From assembly GCA_963735595.1 (NCBI GenBank), contig CAVTLK010000001.1, forward strand, positions 1-64,000: a DNA stretch of 64,000 bases, in the 5' to 3' direction. The translations under genes were made by a program, and so were the position numbers. How positions within the stretch are numbered: the stretch's first letter is position 1; each line of letters begins with the position of its first letter. This stretch comes from an uncultured delta proteobacterium. GTDB lineage: Bacteria > Desulfobacterota > Zymogenia > Zymogenales > Zymogenaceae. Shown here piece by piece: positions 9,217-20,014 of this stretch. The notes below the pieces were generated by a model, which had not been told where the DNA came from, did not search any database, and saw nothing but the letters and a program-made list of their open reading frames with translations.

Positions 9217-10093
9217 CCCTCTTGCCCTCGTCCAGGCCCGGGCCGTGGCCGATATGCTTACGGCCGGGCGGTCCGGGCGCCGATGCGAGATCGTGACGAT
9301 CACAACGCAGGGCGACCGGATAACGAAGACCGCCCTCTGGGAGATCGGGGGCAAAGGCCTCTTCGTCAAGGAAATCGAAACGGCGCTTCTGGAACGGCGT
9401 ATCGATCTGGCGGTGCACAGCATGAAGGATATGCCCCAGGAAATCCCGGACGGTCTTACCATTGGGGCGGTGCCTGCGCGGGAGGACGTACGGGACGTGC
9501 TGGTTACCCGGGGCCCGACCGAAGGGATCGCTCAAATCCCGACAGGCCTCGTCATCGGGACGTCGAGCCTCAGGAGGAGGGCCCAGATACTCAGGGTCAG
9601 GCCCGACCTGGCGGTGTCGCCGCTGAGAGGAAACGTCGGGACGCGCCTCAGGAAGCTTTCCGACAACGAATACGGCGGCGTAATCCTGGCGGCCGCCGGG
9701 ATGCGCCGCCTGGGTATTGAGGCCGAGCACGTCCTTCCCCTGGCGCCGGAAGACTTTGTCCCGGCGGCGGGGCAGGGGGCGCTGGCGCTGGAGGTGAGAT
9801 GCGGAGAGGAAGGGCTTGTATCGCATCTCGACGACAAGGATACGCATCGCGCGGTCTTTTCTGAGCGCGCCTTTGTGGAACGCCTTGGGGCCTCCTGCCG
9901 CTCGGCGGTTGGTGCCTGGGCACGCGGAGAGGGTGAACGGCTCACACTCACCGGAAGAGTCCTTACCGCGGACGGGGACCGGGTTATAGAGGGAGAGCGG
10001 ACGGGAAACGCCCGGGACGCTTATGAAATTGGGCAGGCCCTTGCCGATGAATTCCTGAGCCGGGGCGCGCGCGCCTTCCTTGAGGAAGAGTAG
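9191..10093 (+). CDS. hemC: Hydroxymethylbilane synthase
   Basis: IGTRGSPLAL, GGKGLFVKE, AVHSMKD, GTSSLRR, RGNVGTRL. Confidence 0.96.
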   Translation: MITIGTRGSPLALVQARAVADMLTAGRSGRRCEIVTITTQGDRITKTALWEIGGKGLFVKEIETALLERRIDLAVHSMKDMPQEIPDGLTIGAVPAREDVRDVLVTRGPTEGIAQIPTGLVIGTSSLRRRAQILRVRPDLAVSPLRGNVGTRLRKLSDNEYGGVILAAAGMRRLGIEAEHVLPLAPEDFVPAAGQGALALEVRCGEEGLVSHLDDKDTHRAVFSERAFVERLGASCRSAVGAWARGEGERLTLTGRVLTADGDRVIEGERTGNARDAYEIGQALADEFLSRGARAFLEEE

Positions 10094-11647
10094 ATGACTC
10101 GCTCGAACGATGTGGGAACAGGGACCGTCTATCTCGTCGGCGCGGGGCCGGGAGACCCCGGTCTCGTGACGCTGAAGGCCGTGCGGGCGATGGCCGAGGC
10201 CGAGGTGGTGATCTACGACCATCTCGTGGACGAGGCTATCCTTGCCCATGTGCCCCGGGGTGCGCGGATGGTCTACGCCGGGAAAGAGGGGGGGCGCCAC
10301 ACGCTGTCGCAAGACGAAATAAACCGGCTGATTGTGGCCCATGCGAAAGAAGGCAGGCGGGTCGTTCGCCTGAAGGGGGGCGATCCCTTCATCTTCGGCC
10401 GGGGAGGAGAAGAGGCGCTCGTGCTGGCTGCCGAGGGGATCCCCTTTGAAATCGTCCCCGGTGTAACGTCGGCCTCCGCCGTCCCGGCCTACGCCGGTAT
10501 CCCGGTCACCCATCGCGGGAGCGCCTCGATGGTCGTCTTTGTGACGGGCCATGAGGACCCGACGAAAGACGAGGACTCGGTCGATTGGGGGTATCTTGCC
10601 GGTTTTGCCGGGACGATCGTGGTGCTCATGGGGGTAAAGCGGATCGAGGAAAACGTCAACGCCCTGATAGCCAGAGGCAAATCCCCCGACACCCCGTCGG
10701 CCCTGATATCGCGTGGGACAACCCCCGCCCAGAAGAGCGTGAGGGCTCCGCTGTCGGGTATTGCAGCGGCGGCGCGGAAAAAGGGCATCACCGCGCCGGC
10801 GGTGCTCGTCGTCGGGGAAGTGGCCGACCTCATGGAGAGCCTCGGCTGGTTCGAGAGGCTGCCGCTGTTCGGCAAACGTATTGTTGTCACCCGGGCCGAG
10901 CACCAGGCCGCCGAATTGTCCGACCGCCTGAGGGCGCTCGGGGCGCTGCCGATTCAGCTGCCCGCTATCGCGATAGGCCCGCCGGCGGACGAGCAGGCCG
11001 CCGAGCAGGCGGTGTCGTCGGTTTCGTCGTACGATATTGTGGTATTCACGAGCCCCAACGGGGTGAACGCCTTCTTTGATAGCCTGGAACGGCGGGGACG
11101 CGACTGCCGGGCGCTGGGGGGCGTTACCGTGGCCGCGATGGGGCCGGGGACGGCGCTTACGCTCAAGGAGCACGGGATAGCGGCCGATATCGTCCCCGAC
11201 CGGTTCATCGCAGAGGCACTGGCAGAGGCGCTCATTGCCCGGGGGATGTGGGGCAAAAACATCCTCCTGTTCCGGGCCCAGGAGGCAAGGGACGTGCTGC
11301 CCCGTCTCCTGACGGAGGCGGGGGCCGCCGTGGCCGACGTGGGCGCATACCTCACCACGGCCTCGGAAATATCCGACGAACAGTTTTCCCTGGCCTTTGA
11401 CGGGGCCGACCTGGTCGTGTTTACGAGCGGGTCCACCGCGACCAACCTCGGGCTGATCGTGGACGAAAAAAGGAATAAGGGCTCGGTTGATTTCTCGAAA
11501 ATAGCCATCCCCGCCGCGGTCTCGATCGGGCCGATCACCAGCCGGGCGGCCGAACTGGCCGGCTTTACGGTCGCGGCGGAGGCCACTGAGTACACTATTG
11601 AAGGCGTGGTAAACGCATTGGTCGATTACTATTCGGATAAGAAATGA
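10094..11647 (+). CDS. cobA: Uroporphyrinogen-III C-methyltransferase / uroporphyrinogen-III synthase fusion (CobA-HemD)
   Basis: VGAGPGDPGL, RLKGGDPFIFGRGGEE, then PLFGKRIVVTR, FTSPNGV, SIGPIT. Confidence 0.95.
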   Translation: MTRSNDVGTGTVYLVGAGPGDPGLVTLKAVRAMAEAEVVIYDHLVDEAILAHVPRGARMVYAGKEGGRHTLSQDEINRLIVAHAKEGRRVVRLKGGDPFIFGRGGEEALVLAAEGIPFEIVPGVTSASAVPAYAGIPVTHRGSASMVVFVTGHEDPTKDEDSVDWGYLAGFAGTIVVLMGVKRIEENVNALIARGKSPDTPSALISRGTTPAQKSVRAPLSGIAAAARKKGITAPAVLVVGEVADLMESLGWFERLPLFGKRIVVTRAEHQAAELSDRLRALGALPIQLPAIAIGPPADEQAAEQAVSSVSSYDIVVFTSPNGVNAFFDSLERRGRDCRALGGVTVAAMGPGTALTLKEHGIAADIVPDRFIAEALAEALIARGMWGKNILLFRAQEARDVLPRLLTEAGAAVADVGAYLTTASEISDEQFSLAFDGADLVVFTSGSTATNLGLIVDEKRNKGSVDFSKIAIPAAVSIGPITSRAAELAGFTVAAEATEYTIEGVVNALVDYYSDKK

Positions 11648-12840
11648 TTGGGATCTCAAAGCTCTATCTGGGTGCGGTGGAGGAAGCGGACGTCCTGCGC
11701 TACGGCGGGGAGTCGGGGCGGCTTCCGTCACACCTTCTGCAGTTTTCGCGGGACAAGAAACCGGTGGTCGTCTTTAATGCCACCCGGCGCTGCAACCTGA
11801 AGTGCATACACTGCTACAGCGAATCCGAGAACGTCGACTATGCCGGAGAGCTCACCACCGGGGAGGCCCGCGCCCTCATCGACGACCTGGCGCAATTCGG
11901 CGCTCCAGTTATCCTCTTTTCCGGCGGGGAGCCGCTGATGCGTCCCGACCTCGAGGATCTCATCGGCCATGCCGTGGGGCGCGGCATGCGGGCGGTCATC
12001 TCAACGAACGGCACCCTCATTACCGAGGACCGGGCGGCGCGGCTCAAGGACCTCGGCCTCTCGTACGTGGGAGTGAGCCTGGACGGGCTGGAGGCAACCC
12101 ACGACTCGTTCCGCAAGGTAACGGGGGCATTCGGCAAGGCGATGGCCGGAGTCAGGAACTGCATGCAACAGGGAATAAAGGTGGGGCTCCGGTTTACGAT
12201 CAACAGGCTTAACGTCGGTGAGATCGGCCCGATATTCGACCTGATGGAGGCCGAGCAGGTGCCCCGAATCTGCTTTTACCATCTGGTGGTGTCGGGGCGC
12301 GGGGCTGGTATTCGTCAGATGATGTTATCTCACGACGAGACCCGTGCCGCCGTGGACCTGATCATGGATAAGACCAAGGCGCTCTTTGCCCGGGGGTTCA
12401 CGCCGGAGGTGCTCACGGTGGATAACCACGCCGACGGTCCCTATGTCTATCTGCGCCTGCTGCGGGAAGACCCCGAACGGGCGGCCGATGTGCTGCGGCT
12501 CTTGATGCTTAATCAGGGAAACTCGTCCGGCGTGGGGATTTCGTGCGTCAGTTTTGACGGCGAGATCTACGCCGATCAGTTCTGGAGGAGCCGATCGTTC
12601 GGGAACGTCAAGCGGCGGCCTTTTTCCGAGATATGGTCGGACGTTACCAACCCGCTGATGGCCCGTCTCAAACAGAAAAAGTTATACGTCACCGGCCGGT
12701 GCGCCGGGTGCCGGTGGCTTGACGTGTGTGCCGGGAACTTCCGGGCGCGGGCCGAGGCAATGACCGGGGATACCTGGGCATCGGACCCCGCCTGCTACCT
12801 GACCGACGAAGAGATCGGGCCGCCGGCCGGATCGCCATGA
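11644..12840 (+). CDS. ahbC: 12,18-didecarboxysiroheme deacetylase (radical SAM/SPASM)
   Basis: MIGISKLY...LRYG...[26 protein letters not shown]-terminal CAGC...C...DPACYL. Confidence 0.9.
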   Translation: MIGISKLYLGAVEEADVLRYGGESGRLPSHLLQFSRDKKPVVVFNATRRCNLKCIHCYSESENVDYAGELTTGEARALIDDLAQFGAPVILFSGGEPLMRPDLEDLIGHAVGRGMRAVISTNGTLITEDRAARLKDLGLSYVGVSLDGLEATHDSFRKVTGAFGKAMAGVRNCMQQGIKVGLRFTINRLNVGEIGPIFDLMEAEQVPRICFYHLVVSGRGAGIRQMMLSHDETRAAVDLIMDKTKALFARGFTPEVLTVDNHADGPYVYLRLLREDPERAADVLRLLMLNQGNSSGVGISCVSFDGEIYADQFWRSRSFGNVKRRPFSEIWSDVTNPLMARLKQKKLYVTGRCAGCRWLDVCAGNFRARAEAMTGDTWASDPACYLTDEEIGPPAGSP

Positions 12841-14711
12841 ACCGCTTTGACGTCATCGTTATCGGGGCGGGACACGCCGGGATAGAGGCGGCGCTGGCCT
12901 CCGCACGGATGGGCGCCAGCACCCTTATCCTGACCGGAAATATCGAGACCATCGGCCAGATGTCGTGCAATCCCGCCGTGGGGGGGCTGGCCAAGGGACA
13001 GCTCGTCAAGGAGATAGACGCCCTCGGCGGGGAAATGGGACTTGCCACGGACGAGTCCGGTATCCAGTTTCGCACCCTCAATACAAACAAGGGGCCGGCC
13101 GTTCGCTCCTCCCGCGCCCAGGCAGACCGGGCGGGCTACCGCTCCTACATGAAGGCGGTCCTCGAAAACACCCCCCGGCTCTCAATCCGTCAGACGATGG
13201 CGCGGTCGCTTGTGGCCGAAGGCGGCCGCGTAGCGGGGGTGTTGACGGAGTACGGCGAGGAGTTCCTCGCGCCCGCCGTGGTGATCGCGACGGGGACCTT
13301 CCTCAAGGGGATGGTCAGGATCGGGCGCGTATCATTCGGCGCCGGGCGTCTGGGCGACCCGCCGTCCGATTTCCTCTCCGACTCGCTCAGAGACCTGGGC
13401 CTCGTGGTCGGGCGGTTTTCCACCGCCACCACCCCCCGGTTGGACGGCGCAACCATCGACTATTCCAAGACGACATCACAGCCCCTCCAGTGGCCGATTG
13501 TCCCTTTTTCGTTTCGGACCGGTTCCCTCGACCGTGACCAGCTCCCCTGTCACGTCACCTACACTAACGCCCATACCCATGAGGCAATCAGAAACTGTAT
13601 CGATACCGACGCAGTGTCCGAAGGGTGGCTCAACCGAAAGGGGCCCCGTTATTGCCCCTCCATCGAGGAGAAGGTCCTCTTTTTCCCCGAGAGGATTCGC
13701 CACCAGGTATTCCTGGAGCCGGAAGGGTTTCACACCACCGAGGTCTACCCGAACGGGCTATTTACGACCCTTGGCATCGAACAGCAGATGAAGATCCTTG
13801 CGGCGATCCCCGGCCTCGAAGAGGCGCGGATGACGAGGCCCGCCTATTCCATAAAATACGACTACGTCCCGCCGACGCAGCTGAAGCCGACGCTGGAGAC
13901 AAAACAGGTCACCGGGCTGTTCTTGGCAGGCCAGATCAACGGCACCTCCGGCTACGAGGAGGCGGCGGCCCAGGGGCTCGTGGCGGGGATCAATGCGGCG
14001 GGCTCCGTCCAGAAGCGGCCGCCGTTTGTCCTTACGCGCTCTGACGCCTACATCGGCGTACTGATCGACGACCTGGTTACCAAGGGCACCAACGAGCCCT
14101 ACCGGATGTTCACGTCCCGGGCCGAATACCGCCTTGCGCTGCGCGAGGGAAACGCGATCTTCCGCCTGACCGCGCAGGGCAGGGAACTCGGGCTCATCGA
14201 CGACGACGCCTGGAGGCTGTTCTGCGAGAAGAGGGAGGCGCTCGACCGGGGTCTCGGCATGATGGAGCAGCCGCTTTTCCCGACGAAGGCTACCAACGAT
14301 CGGCTGGCGGAGCTGGGGGTATCGCCCATCATCAACAAGATGACCCACTCCGACCTGCTGCGGCGCCAGGGGGTAACCGCCCCGATCATCAGGGACATTG
14401 TTCCGGGGCTGCGGGATCTGCCGGACGATATCCTCGCGGAGATCGAGATCCAGACGAAGTACGAGGGGTATCTCTCACGACAGGACGACGAGATCCGGAA
14501 ATTCAGGAAACTCGAGGGGCAGTCTATCCCGCAGGGCTTTCAATACCGGGGGCTTGCGGGGTTGTCGGCGGAAGCGGCGGAAAAGCTCGACGAGGCGCGT
14601 CCCCTCTCCGTTGGGCAGGCCTCACGGATACCGGGCGTTACGCCGGCGGCGGTCTCCATCCTCCTTATTCATCTCAAGAAGCGGCGGGCAGGTATTGCAG
14701 CAGACCAATGA
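12837..14711 (+). CDS. mnmG: tRNA uridine-5-carboxymethylaminomethyl(34) synthesis enzyme MnmG (GidA), with divergent motifs
   Basis: [59 protein letters not shown] overlap with ahbC. Confidence 0.93.
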   Translation: MNRFDVIVIGAGHAGIEAALASARMGASTLILTGNIETIGQMSCNPAVGGLAKGQLVKEIDALGGEMGLATDESGIQFRTLNTNKGPAVRSSRAQADRAGYRSYMKAVLENTPRLSIRQTMARSLVAEGGRVAGVLTEYGEEFLAPAVVIATGTFLKGMVRIGRVSFGAGRLGDPPSDFLSDSLRDLGLVVGRFSTATTPRLDGATIDYSKTTSQPLQWPIVPFSFRTGSLDRDQLPCHVTYTNAHTHEAIRNCIDTDAVSEGWLNRKGPRYCPSIEEKVLFFPERIRHQVFLEPEGFHTTEVYPNGLFTTLGIEQQMKILAAIPGLEEARMTRPAYSIKYDYVPPTQLKPTLETKQVTGLFLAGQINGTSGYEEAAAQGLVAGINAAGSVQKRPPFVLTRSDAYIGVLIDDLVTKGTNEPYRMFTSRAEYRLALREGNAIFRLTAQGRELGLIDDDAWRLFCEKREALDRGLGMMEQPLFPTKATNDRLAELGVSPIINKMTHSDLLRRQGVTAPIIRDIVPGLRDLPDDILAEIEIQTKYEGYLSRQDDEIRKFRKLEGQSIPQGFQYRGLAGLSAEAAEKLDEARPLSVGQASRIPGVTPAAVSILLIHLKKRRAGIAADQ

Positions 14712-15607
14712 GCGTTAGGAAATTCATTAAGAACGCTACGACCCTCGGCAGGCGGGCGATTTTCCTCTTATCAGTAAACCCGCGTCTTTTCGTGAAGAAG
14801 GTCATCGCAAAGACAAGGCTGATTCTGCCCGCACCGCGGCTGCCGGTATATCGGGTGATGGGGTGTGTGCGGTTCGAGTTCAACTGTCGTGACGACCGGG
14901 CAATCGAATGGATGTACCGGGGCGCCTATGAAATAGAGGTTGTCGACGTCCTGCACGAAGTGCTGGGGGCGGGAGACACCTTTATCGACGCGGGGGCGAA
15001 CATCGGGTACATGTCATTTATCGCCGCGTCGATCGTCGGAAAAGAGGGGCACGTCCATGCGTTTGAGCCGGTGGCCGAATATTTTAAACGGCTCCGCGGG
15101 TTTGCCCGCCTGAATTCCGAATTCGATATCGTCGTCAATAATACGGCACTTGGCCAGACACCGGGCAGAGCCGAGATATCGGTGTCGGACTATGATAACA
15201 TCGGATGGAATACGATGGTCCCGGGCCTCATGACCGATCGTATGCTGCGCGAAACGCGGGAGACGGTGGTTGAGCGCCTGGACGATTACATCGAAAAACG
15301 ACGGCTCGGCCGTATATCCCTCATTAAAATTGACACCGAGGGTTACGAGCTACCCGTGTTGCTCGGGATAGAGCGCTACCTGACTCAGACCAGGGACCTT
15401 CCGTGGATAGTCTGCGAGCTAAACCCGCAGGCATACCCCCGTCTCGGAAGCAGCCTCGGGGAGCTTTCGGCCTATCTCCGCCGGTTCGGTTACCGAGCTT
15501 TTGATCTGATCGAGCGCCGCCGGCAGGTTGATATCACGAGGCTCACGGTCAATGCTAACGTTCTGCTGGTTCCCGGTTGGGCAGATCAAGGCCGGGACGA
15601 CGGATAA
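14708..15607 (+). CDS. FkbM family SAM-dependent methyltransferase
   Basis: [24 protein letters not shown]. Confidence 0.88.
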   Translation: MSVRKFIKNATTLGRRAIFLLSVNPRLFVKKVIAKTRLILPAPRLPVYRVMGCVRFEFNCRDDRAIEWMYRGAYEIEVVDVLHEVLGAGDTFIDAGANIGYMSFIAASIVGKEGHVHAFEPVAEYFKRLRGFARLNSEFDIVVNNTALGQTPGRAEISVSDYDNIGWNTMVPGLMTDRMLRETRETVVERLDDYIEKRRLGRISLIKIDTEGYELPVLLGIERYLTQTRDLPWIVCELNPQAYPRLGSSLGELSAYLRRFGYRAFDLIERRRQVDITRLTVNANVLLVPGWADQGRDDG

Positions 15608-15774
15608 CGGGACGAGACCAACCGTACTACGCCCGCTATCCGAATGCCCCGCATACGGGGCGAGGTACCAACCTAAACCGCAGGATCGACCGTAAGGACG
15701 CCGTACGGGGGGTGGGGTGGCGCGAGACGATTTACGGCGTCCCTTTTATGGCCGGGGGAAGGCGCCGGGTGCCG

Positions 15775-16233
15775 CTACGGCCCTTTGCTCCAGAGGTAAT
15801 GCGGGCCGCGGTGACGGGCCCAGGCATCCGGCCCGTGTTCCCGGATGAGCCTGAGGTTATTGATCGGCGTATCACCGTGGAAGCGCTGAAAGGGCAGCAG
15901 CAGCCCGCAGGTTTCAAACATACCGCATTCCCAGCAGCCGGCGTATCCCTTATCATGCGCGCATGCACGGATCGCGCAGTCCTTCTTACCGCCCCCCTCG
16001 GCGCAGGGGCCGGGGCACCTCAGCGAGGCTATCGCGGAGAGGTACTCCCGGAATCGTTCGTAACCGTTGAATATCTCGTTACTTTCGGCCTTCAGGGCGG
16101 CGTAGCGCCGAAAGTCAAGACGGTCCATCTCGCCGGCGAGACCCTGCACGGCCTCAAAGAGAGAGCTCCGGGAAGGGATGCAGTCCTCACAGTAGAGGCC
16201 GCAGTAGGCGGTGTAGCGTCGCTGGTCGGTCAT
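15775..16233 (-). CDS. Cys-rich DUF3795-like protein
   Basis: AYCGLYCEDC...CPGPC...CAIRAC...CWEC..F.TC. Confidence 0.78.
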   Translation of the reverse strand: MTDQRRYTAYCGLYCEDCIPSRSSLFEAVQGLAGEMDRLDFRRYAALKAESNEIFNGYERFREYLSAIASLRCPGPCAEGGGKKDCAIRACAHDKGYAGCWECGMFETCGLLLPFQRFHGDTPINNLRLIREHGPDAWARHRGPHYLWSKGP

Positions 16234-16242
16234 TGGAAGTAA

Positions 16243-17076
16243 TTACGGCTCACGATAGATAACCGTATGCTCCCCCTGCCGGTCGGTCCCTTGGTAGCCC
16301 TCCATCTCGCGGACGTTCTCCTCGATCACGGTTCCCGCCGGGAGTATCCCGGATCGTTCGAGGTAGTAGCGGGACATGAAGGGCTTTTTCGAAAGCCCCA
16401 GGTCTTTAATCGGCCCGGCGATCTTGTGGTCGCCGAGATCGAGAAACGAACTATCCGGGAAAAACGAATTTCTGGCCGTGCCGACCTGTGGAATGGTCGT
16501 CTGGATGAGCTTCTTGTCTTTCACCGAGAAGGTGGAGAGCGCCCGGTAGTCCTTCTTGACGAATCCGCAGCGCGCTACCCGGGCCGTCAGGATGCGTTTG
16601 CCCGCCTCGGACAGGTGACATTCCATATACTCCGGCGTGATAACGAATTTCATATCGGCCACGAACTTCGTGTATCCCCAGACACCCCGTCCCCCCTCAC
16701 GGGCCGTGGTGTTGGTAACGGGCAGGTGCAGGACCACCATCCCGAACCGCGGATCGTAGCTCTCCCGGATCGCGGGGATCAGGTGGGGCGGTTTTTTGTC
16801 GCCGAACATCGCCGGCACGACAATCCCCACCTCGCCGTAGGGCCCGATGGTGGTGTCGATGTAGTTGAAACAGGCCACGCCGAGCAGGGCCTTCTTCCCG
16901 GTGAGGGTCACCGGGTGAAGCCGGTCCGAGGGGAGGAGGGCTTCTACCTTCTGGGTGTCGGCGGTGTAGAAGAGCGCGAACGCGTCGTCACGGAAATAGA
17001 GGATGGGAAGGTCAAATTTCACCCCCCCGGCCTTTGTCGATTTGCCGGGCCTGGTGCCCGCGAAAAAGGATTTCAT
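16243..17076 (-). CDS. Acetoacetate decarboxylase superfamily protein
   Basis: DLPILY, YIDTTIGPYGE, LHLPVT, GRGVWGYTK (Schiff-base Lys position). Confidence 0.75.
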   Translation of the reverse strand: MKSFFAGTRPGKSTKAGGVKFDLPILYFRDDAFALFYTADTQKVEALLPSDRLHPVTLTGKKALLGVACFNYIDTTIGPYGEVGIVVPAMFGDKKPPHLIPAIRESYDPRFGMVVLHLPVTNTTAREGGRGVWGYTKFVADMKFVITPEYMECHLSEAGKRILTARVARCGFVKKDYRALSTFSVKDKKLIQTTIPQVGTARNSFFPDSSFLDLGDHKIAGPIKDLGLSKKPFMSRYYLERSGILPAGTVIEENVREMEGYQGTDRQGEHTVIYREP

Positions 17077-17158
17077 TGTGCATATCCCATGAATGTGTGA
17101 TGTTTAATAACTCGCCCTCCGGCGCTGCGCCGGATCGGGATAATCCATAACCGGTGGC

Positions 17159-17923
17159 TTACGCACCCCCGGTTCCGACCTCGATCTCCCTGAGGTCCAT
17201 CTTTTTAAGCCTGTCCACCGTCTCGGGCGGGAGGTTAGTCTGCCCCTTGTCGAGAGAGTCCTTGAGCTGGATGAGCTTTTTTACGGCCATGTTATAGTTT
17301 TCTTTATAGAGTCTTTCGGTCGGTTTAAGTTCCACCGCCTTCTTGAAGTTGTCGAGCGCCTTGAAGTAGTCGCCCTTCCAGTTCAGATAAAGTGCGCCGA
17401 GGTTATTGTAGGCCCTGGCGATACCGCGATCCTTATCAATAGCCATGATGTACTGGCTTATCGCCTTATCCCACTGCTTAAGCCCTTCGTACGCCTGGCC
17501 GAGGTTGTAGTAGTTCCAGCCGTTGTTCGGGTCATTGGCGATCTCGGCTTTATAGGACTCGATGGCCGCCTCATACTCTCCCCTGGTCCATAGAATATAC
17601 CCGATGGAATAGTTTACGTATTTCATCTTCGGGTCCAGCTCTTTTGCCTTCGCAAGTTCCGCGTATGCCGTGTCAAACCCGGTGTTTTCCTTGTCAGATT
17701 CGGCATATAGGTAGGCAACGCCAAGCAGGTAATGTGCGGAAGCATCCGTTGGACTCGCCTTTACCAGCCCTTCGTACTTTTCTATTACGGACGGCAACGT
17801 ACCTTCGGAACGCGCCTTTCCGATCTCGACCACCCTGGCCTTGAGCGGGTCTTCCGCGGACAGAGCCGCCGATGCCGCCAAGGTAAGCGATATGAGGGTT
17901 ATCCAGACGAGGAGTCTCTTCAT
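17159..17923 (-). CDS. Secreted tetratricopeptide-repeat protein
   Basis: Signal peptide; repeats AHYLLGVAY, YYNLGQAY, AYNNLGALY. Confidence 0.85.
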   Translation of the reverse strand: MKRLLVWITLISLTLAASAALSAEDPLKARVVEIGKARSEGTLPSVIEKYEGLVKASPTDASAHYLLGVAYLYAESDKENTGFDTAYAELAKAKELDPKMKYVNYSIGYILWTRGEYEAAIESYKAEIANDPNNGWNYYNLGQAYEGLKQWDKAISQYIMAIDKDRGIARAYNNLGALYLNWKGDYFKALDNFKKAVELKPTERLYKENYNMAVKKLIQLKDSLDKGQTNLPPETVDRLKKMDLREIEVGTGGA

Positions 17924-18062
17924 GATTATATAATCCTTTCAAATCTAAGCTTTTTAGAATTGTATCAGACGGGCGCCGGATGTTCAAGCCCAATCGCCGT
18001 TTCTTTTTCTTTGACCGTGTTTTCAAATGATACTATACTGGCCGATATACCACAGGGAGGCG

Positions 18063-19019
18063 ATGATGTTTCGAACGAAGCTTTGTGAGCTATTAGGCAT
18101 CCAGTATCCGATCATCCAGGGCGGTATGGTCTGGATCTGCATGCATGAGCTTGCCGCCGCGGTTTCCGAAGCCGGGGGGCTCGGCGTACTGGCGGGGGGG
18201 AGCATGACTGTCGAGGAGCTGGCGGAGGAGATCACGTTGACGAAGGCCGCCACGAAAAAGCCCTTCGGGGTCAATATACCGCTGTTGAGGCCGGATGCGG
18301 AGGCGCTCATCGACGCGACCATCGCGGGCGGGGCGGCCGCCGTCGTAAGCTCGGCGGGCAATCCTAAACGCTTCACGCAGAAGATACACGATGCCGGGCT
18401 GAAGGTCGTTCACGTCTCGCCGAACGTGGGGCTTGCCGCCAAGGCCGAGACCGCGGGGGTGGACGCGATCGTCGGCGAGGGGATCGAGGCCGGCGGCCAC
18501 GACGGGTTTGACGAGATCACCACGATGGCGCTGATACCCCAACTCGTCAAGTGGGTCCAGGTGCCGGTCATCGCCGCGGGCGGGATAGCCGATGCCCGGG
18601 GATTTGTTGCGGCGCTGGCCCTGGGGGCGCAGGGGGTGCAGATGGGGACGCGGTTCGCGGCCACCTTTGAGGCGCGCGCCCATCGGAACTTCAAGGAGGC
18701 GATCCTCGGGGTAGGCGACACCGGGACGATCGTTTCGGCGCGGACTCTCGGGCCGACCCGGGCCATCAAGAATAAGCTGACCGAACGGATCGCCGAGGCC
18801 GAGCGGGCCGGTGTTTCCAAGGAAGAGCTGTATGACCTCATCGGCGAGGGACGCTCGCGGATGGCTTCCGTGGACGGCGATGTAGTGGAGGGGACGGTCT
18901 ATTGCGGCCAGATCGGGGGGGTGATCACCGAGCTGATGCACGCAGGCGACGTGGTCCGACAGACCATCGAGGAGGCGGAGCGGCTGGTCGGTGAGCTTTC
19001 GGCCTCGGCCAAATTGTAG
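18063..19019 (+). CDS. FabK-like enoyl-ACP reductase / nitronate monooxygenase family
   Basis: PIIQGGM, EGIEAGGH, VIAAGGIAD, GVQMGTRF; GGAGG RBS; TTGACC-17-TATACT at 18011-18039. Confidence 0.88.
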   Translation: MMFRTKLCELLGIQYPIIQGGMVWICMHELAAAVSEAGGLGVLAGGSMTVEELAEEITLTKAATKKPFGVNIPLLRPDAEALIDATIAGGAAAVVSSAGNPKRFTQKIHDAGLKVVHVSPNVGLAAKAETAGVDAIVGEGIEAGGHDGFDEITTMALIPQLVKWVQVPVIAAGGIADARGFVAALALGAQGVQMGTRFAATFEARAHRNFKEAILGVGDTGTIVSARTLGPTRAIKNKLTERIAEAERAGVSKEELYDLIGEGRSRMASVDGDVVEGTVYCGQIGGVITELMHAGDVVRQTIEEAERLVGELSASAKL

Positions 19020-19091
19020 GGAACTCCGGCAACAACGGTGCCTGGGGCGGGAACGTAAGGGAATGTACCATACGCATTGAGGGGGCGACCG

Positions 19092-19601
19092 ATGGATGCG
19101 CTTGAGGCCATCCTGTCCAGGCGGAGCGTCAGGAAATACAGGAAAGACCCGGTCGATGAAAAGTCGATAAAAACGCTGCTGACGGCGGCCATGAGCGCGC
19201 CGTCGGCGCGCAATCAGCAGCCGTGGCGGTTCGTGGTAATAACCGACCGGCCGACGCTTGTCGCGCTGACCGCTGTCCATCCCTACGCCGGCCCGCTGAA
19301 GGAGGCCGCCTGCGCCGTTCTGATCTGCGGCGATACCGAGGATCTGCCATCGGAGGGCTTCTGGGAGCAGGACTGCGCCGCGGCCACCGAAAACCTCCTG
19401 GTGGCGGCCACGGCCCTCGGCCTGGGGACGGTGTGGCTTGGCTGCCACCCACGGGAGGATCGGGTCAGGGGAATTCAGAAGTTGTTGGGCATCCCGAAGA
19501 CGGTCGTCCCGCTATCGCTGGTTGCCGTCGGCCACCCCGACGAGGCAAAACCGAAAGTGGACAGGTACGACGAACGGAAGGTGCACTACAACCGGTGGTA
19601 A
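19092..19601 (+). CDS. Nitroreductase family protein
   Basis: RRSVRKY, APSARNQQPW, LGLGTVWLG. Confidence 0.92.
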   Translation: MDALEAILSRRSVRKYRKDPVDEKSIKTLLTAAMSAPSARNQQPWRFVVITDRPTLVALTAVHPYAGPLKEAACAVLICGDTEDLPSEGFWEQDCAAATENLLVAATALGLGTVWLGCHPREDRVRGIQKLLGIPKTVVPLSLVAVGHPDEAKPKVDRYDERKVHYNRW

Positions 19602-19739
19602 TGTCCCGCCGATGTTCGGCGATTCACGCTATCGGTCAGCAAAGCCGACCGACATACCCAAAACAGGCGATCGTTGCTCTCTCACATCTTCTTTGTATTA
19701 ACGGGCTATAGCCTGATACGAATTTCTGCAAGAGAGTTA

Positions 19740-19810
19740 ACCACAAAGGCACAAAGTCACGAAGGTCGCAACAAAGGCCTCGTACCTTTGTGCCTTCGTG
19801 TCTTTGTGGT
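19740..19810. repeat. REP-like inverted repeat built from 8-bp units (nCACRAAG)x3 / (CTTYGTGn)x3
   Basis: accacaaag-gcacaaag-tcacgaag ... ctttgtgc-cttcgtgt-ctttgtggt. Confidence 0.75.
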
Positions 19811-20014
19811 GAAAATATTCCTTGCGAATCGCTATGTCCCGCTAACGACGCGGAGAAAAGAAATAAAGCGAAAGGATCGTCGCCGAAACTGTGGGCGTGG
19901 AAGATATGAGAGAAATATTAAAGAAATTGGCCGCACTATGGTTTCGCGTATGTATTACGGTGCTCGCGACGGAAGGAACGGGATAGGAGGGGACACAGCA
20001 GGTATCTATTTGTC

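Noticed and set aside
9074..11731. 885-aa minus-strand ORF
   Set aside because: Antisense shadow of hemC and cobA-hemD caused by GC-rich codon bias; no recognisable motifs
15686..15737. GGACGCCGTA...TACGGCGTCC inverted repeat as a mobile-element end
   Set aside because: Only 10-bp arms between convergent genes and no transposase; more likely a terminator-type structure
16267..17100. 277-aa plus-strand ORF
   Set aside because: Antisense to the ADC-like gene, which carries the family motifs
18093..19448. 451-aa minus-strand ORF
   Set aside because: Shadow of the FabK-like and nitroreductase genes
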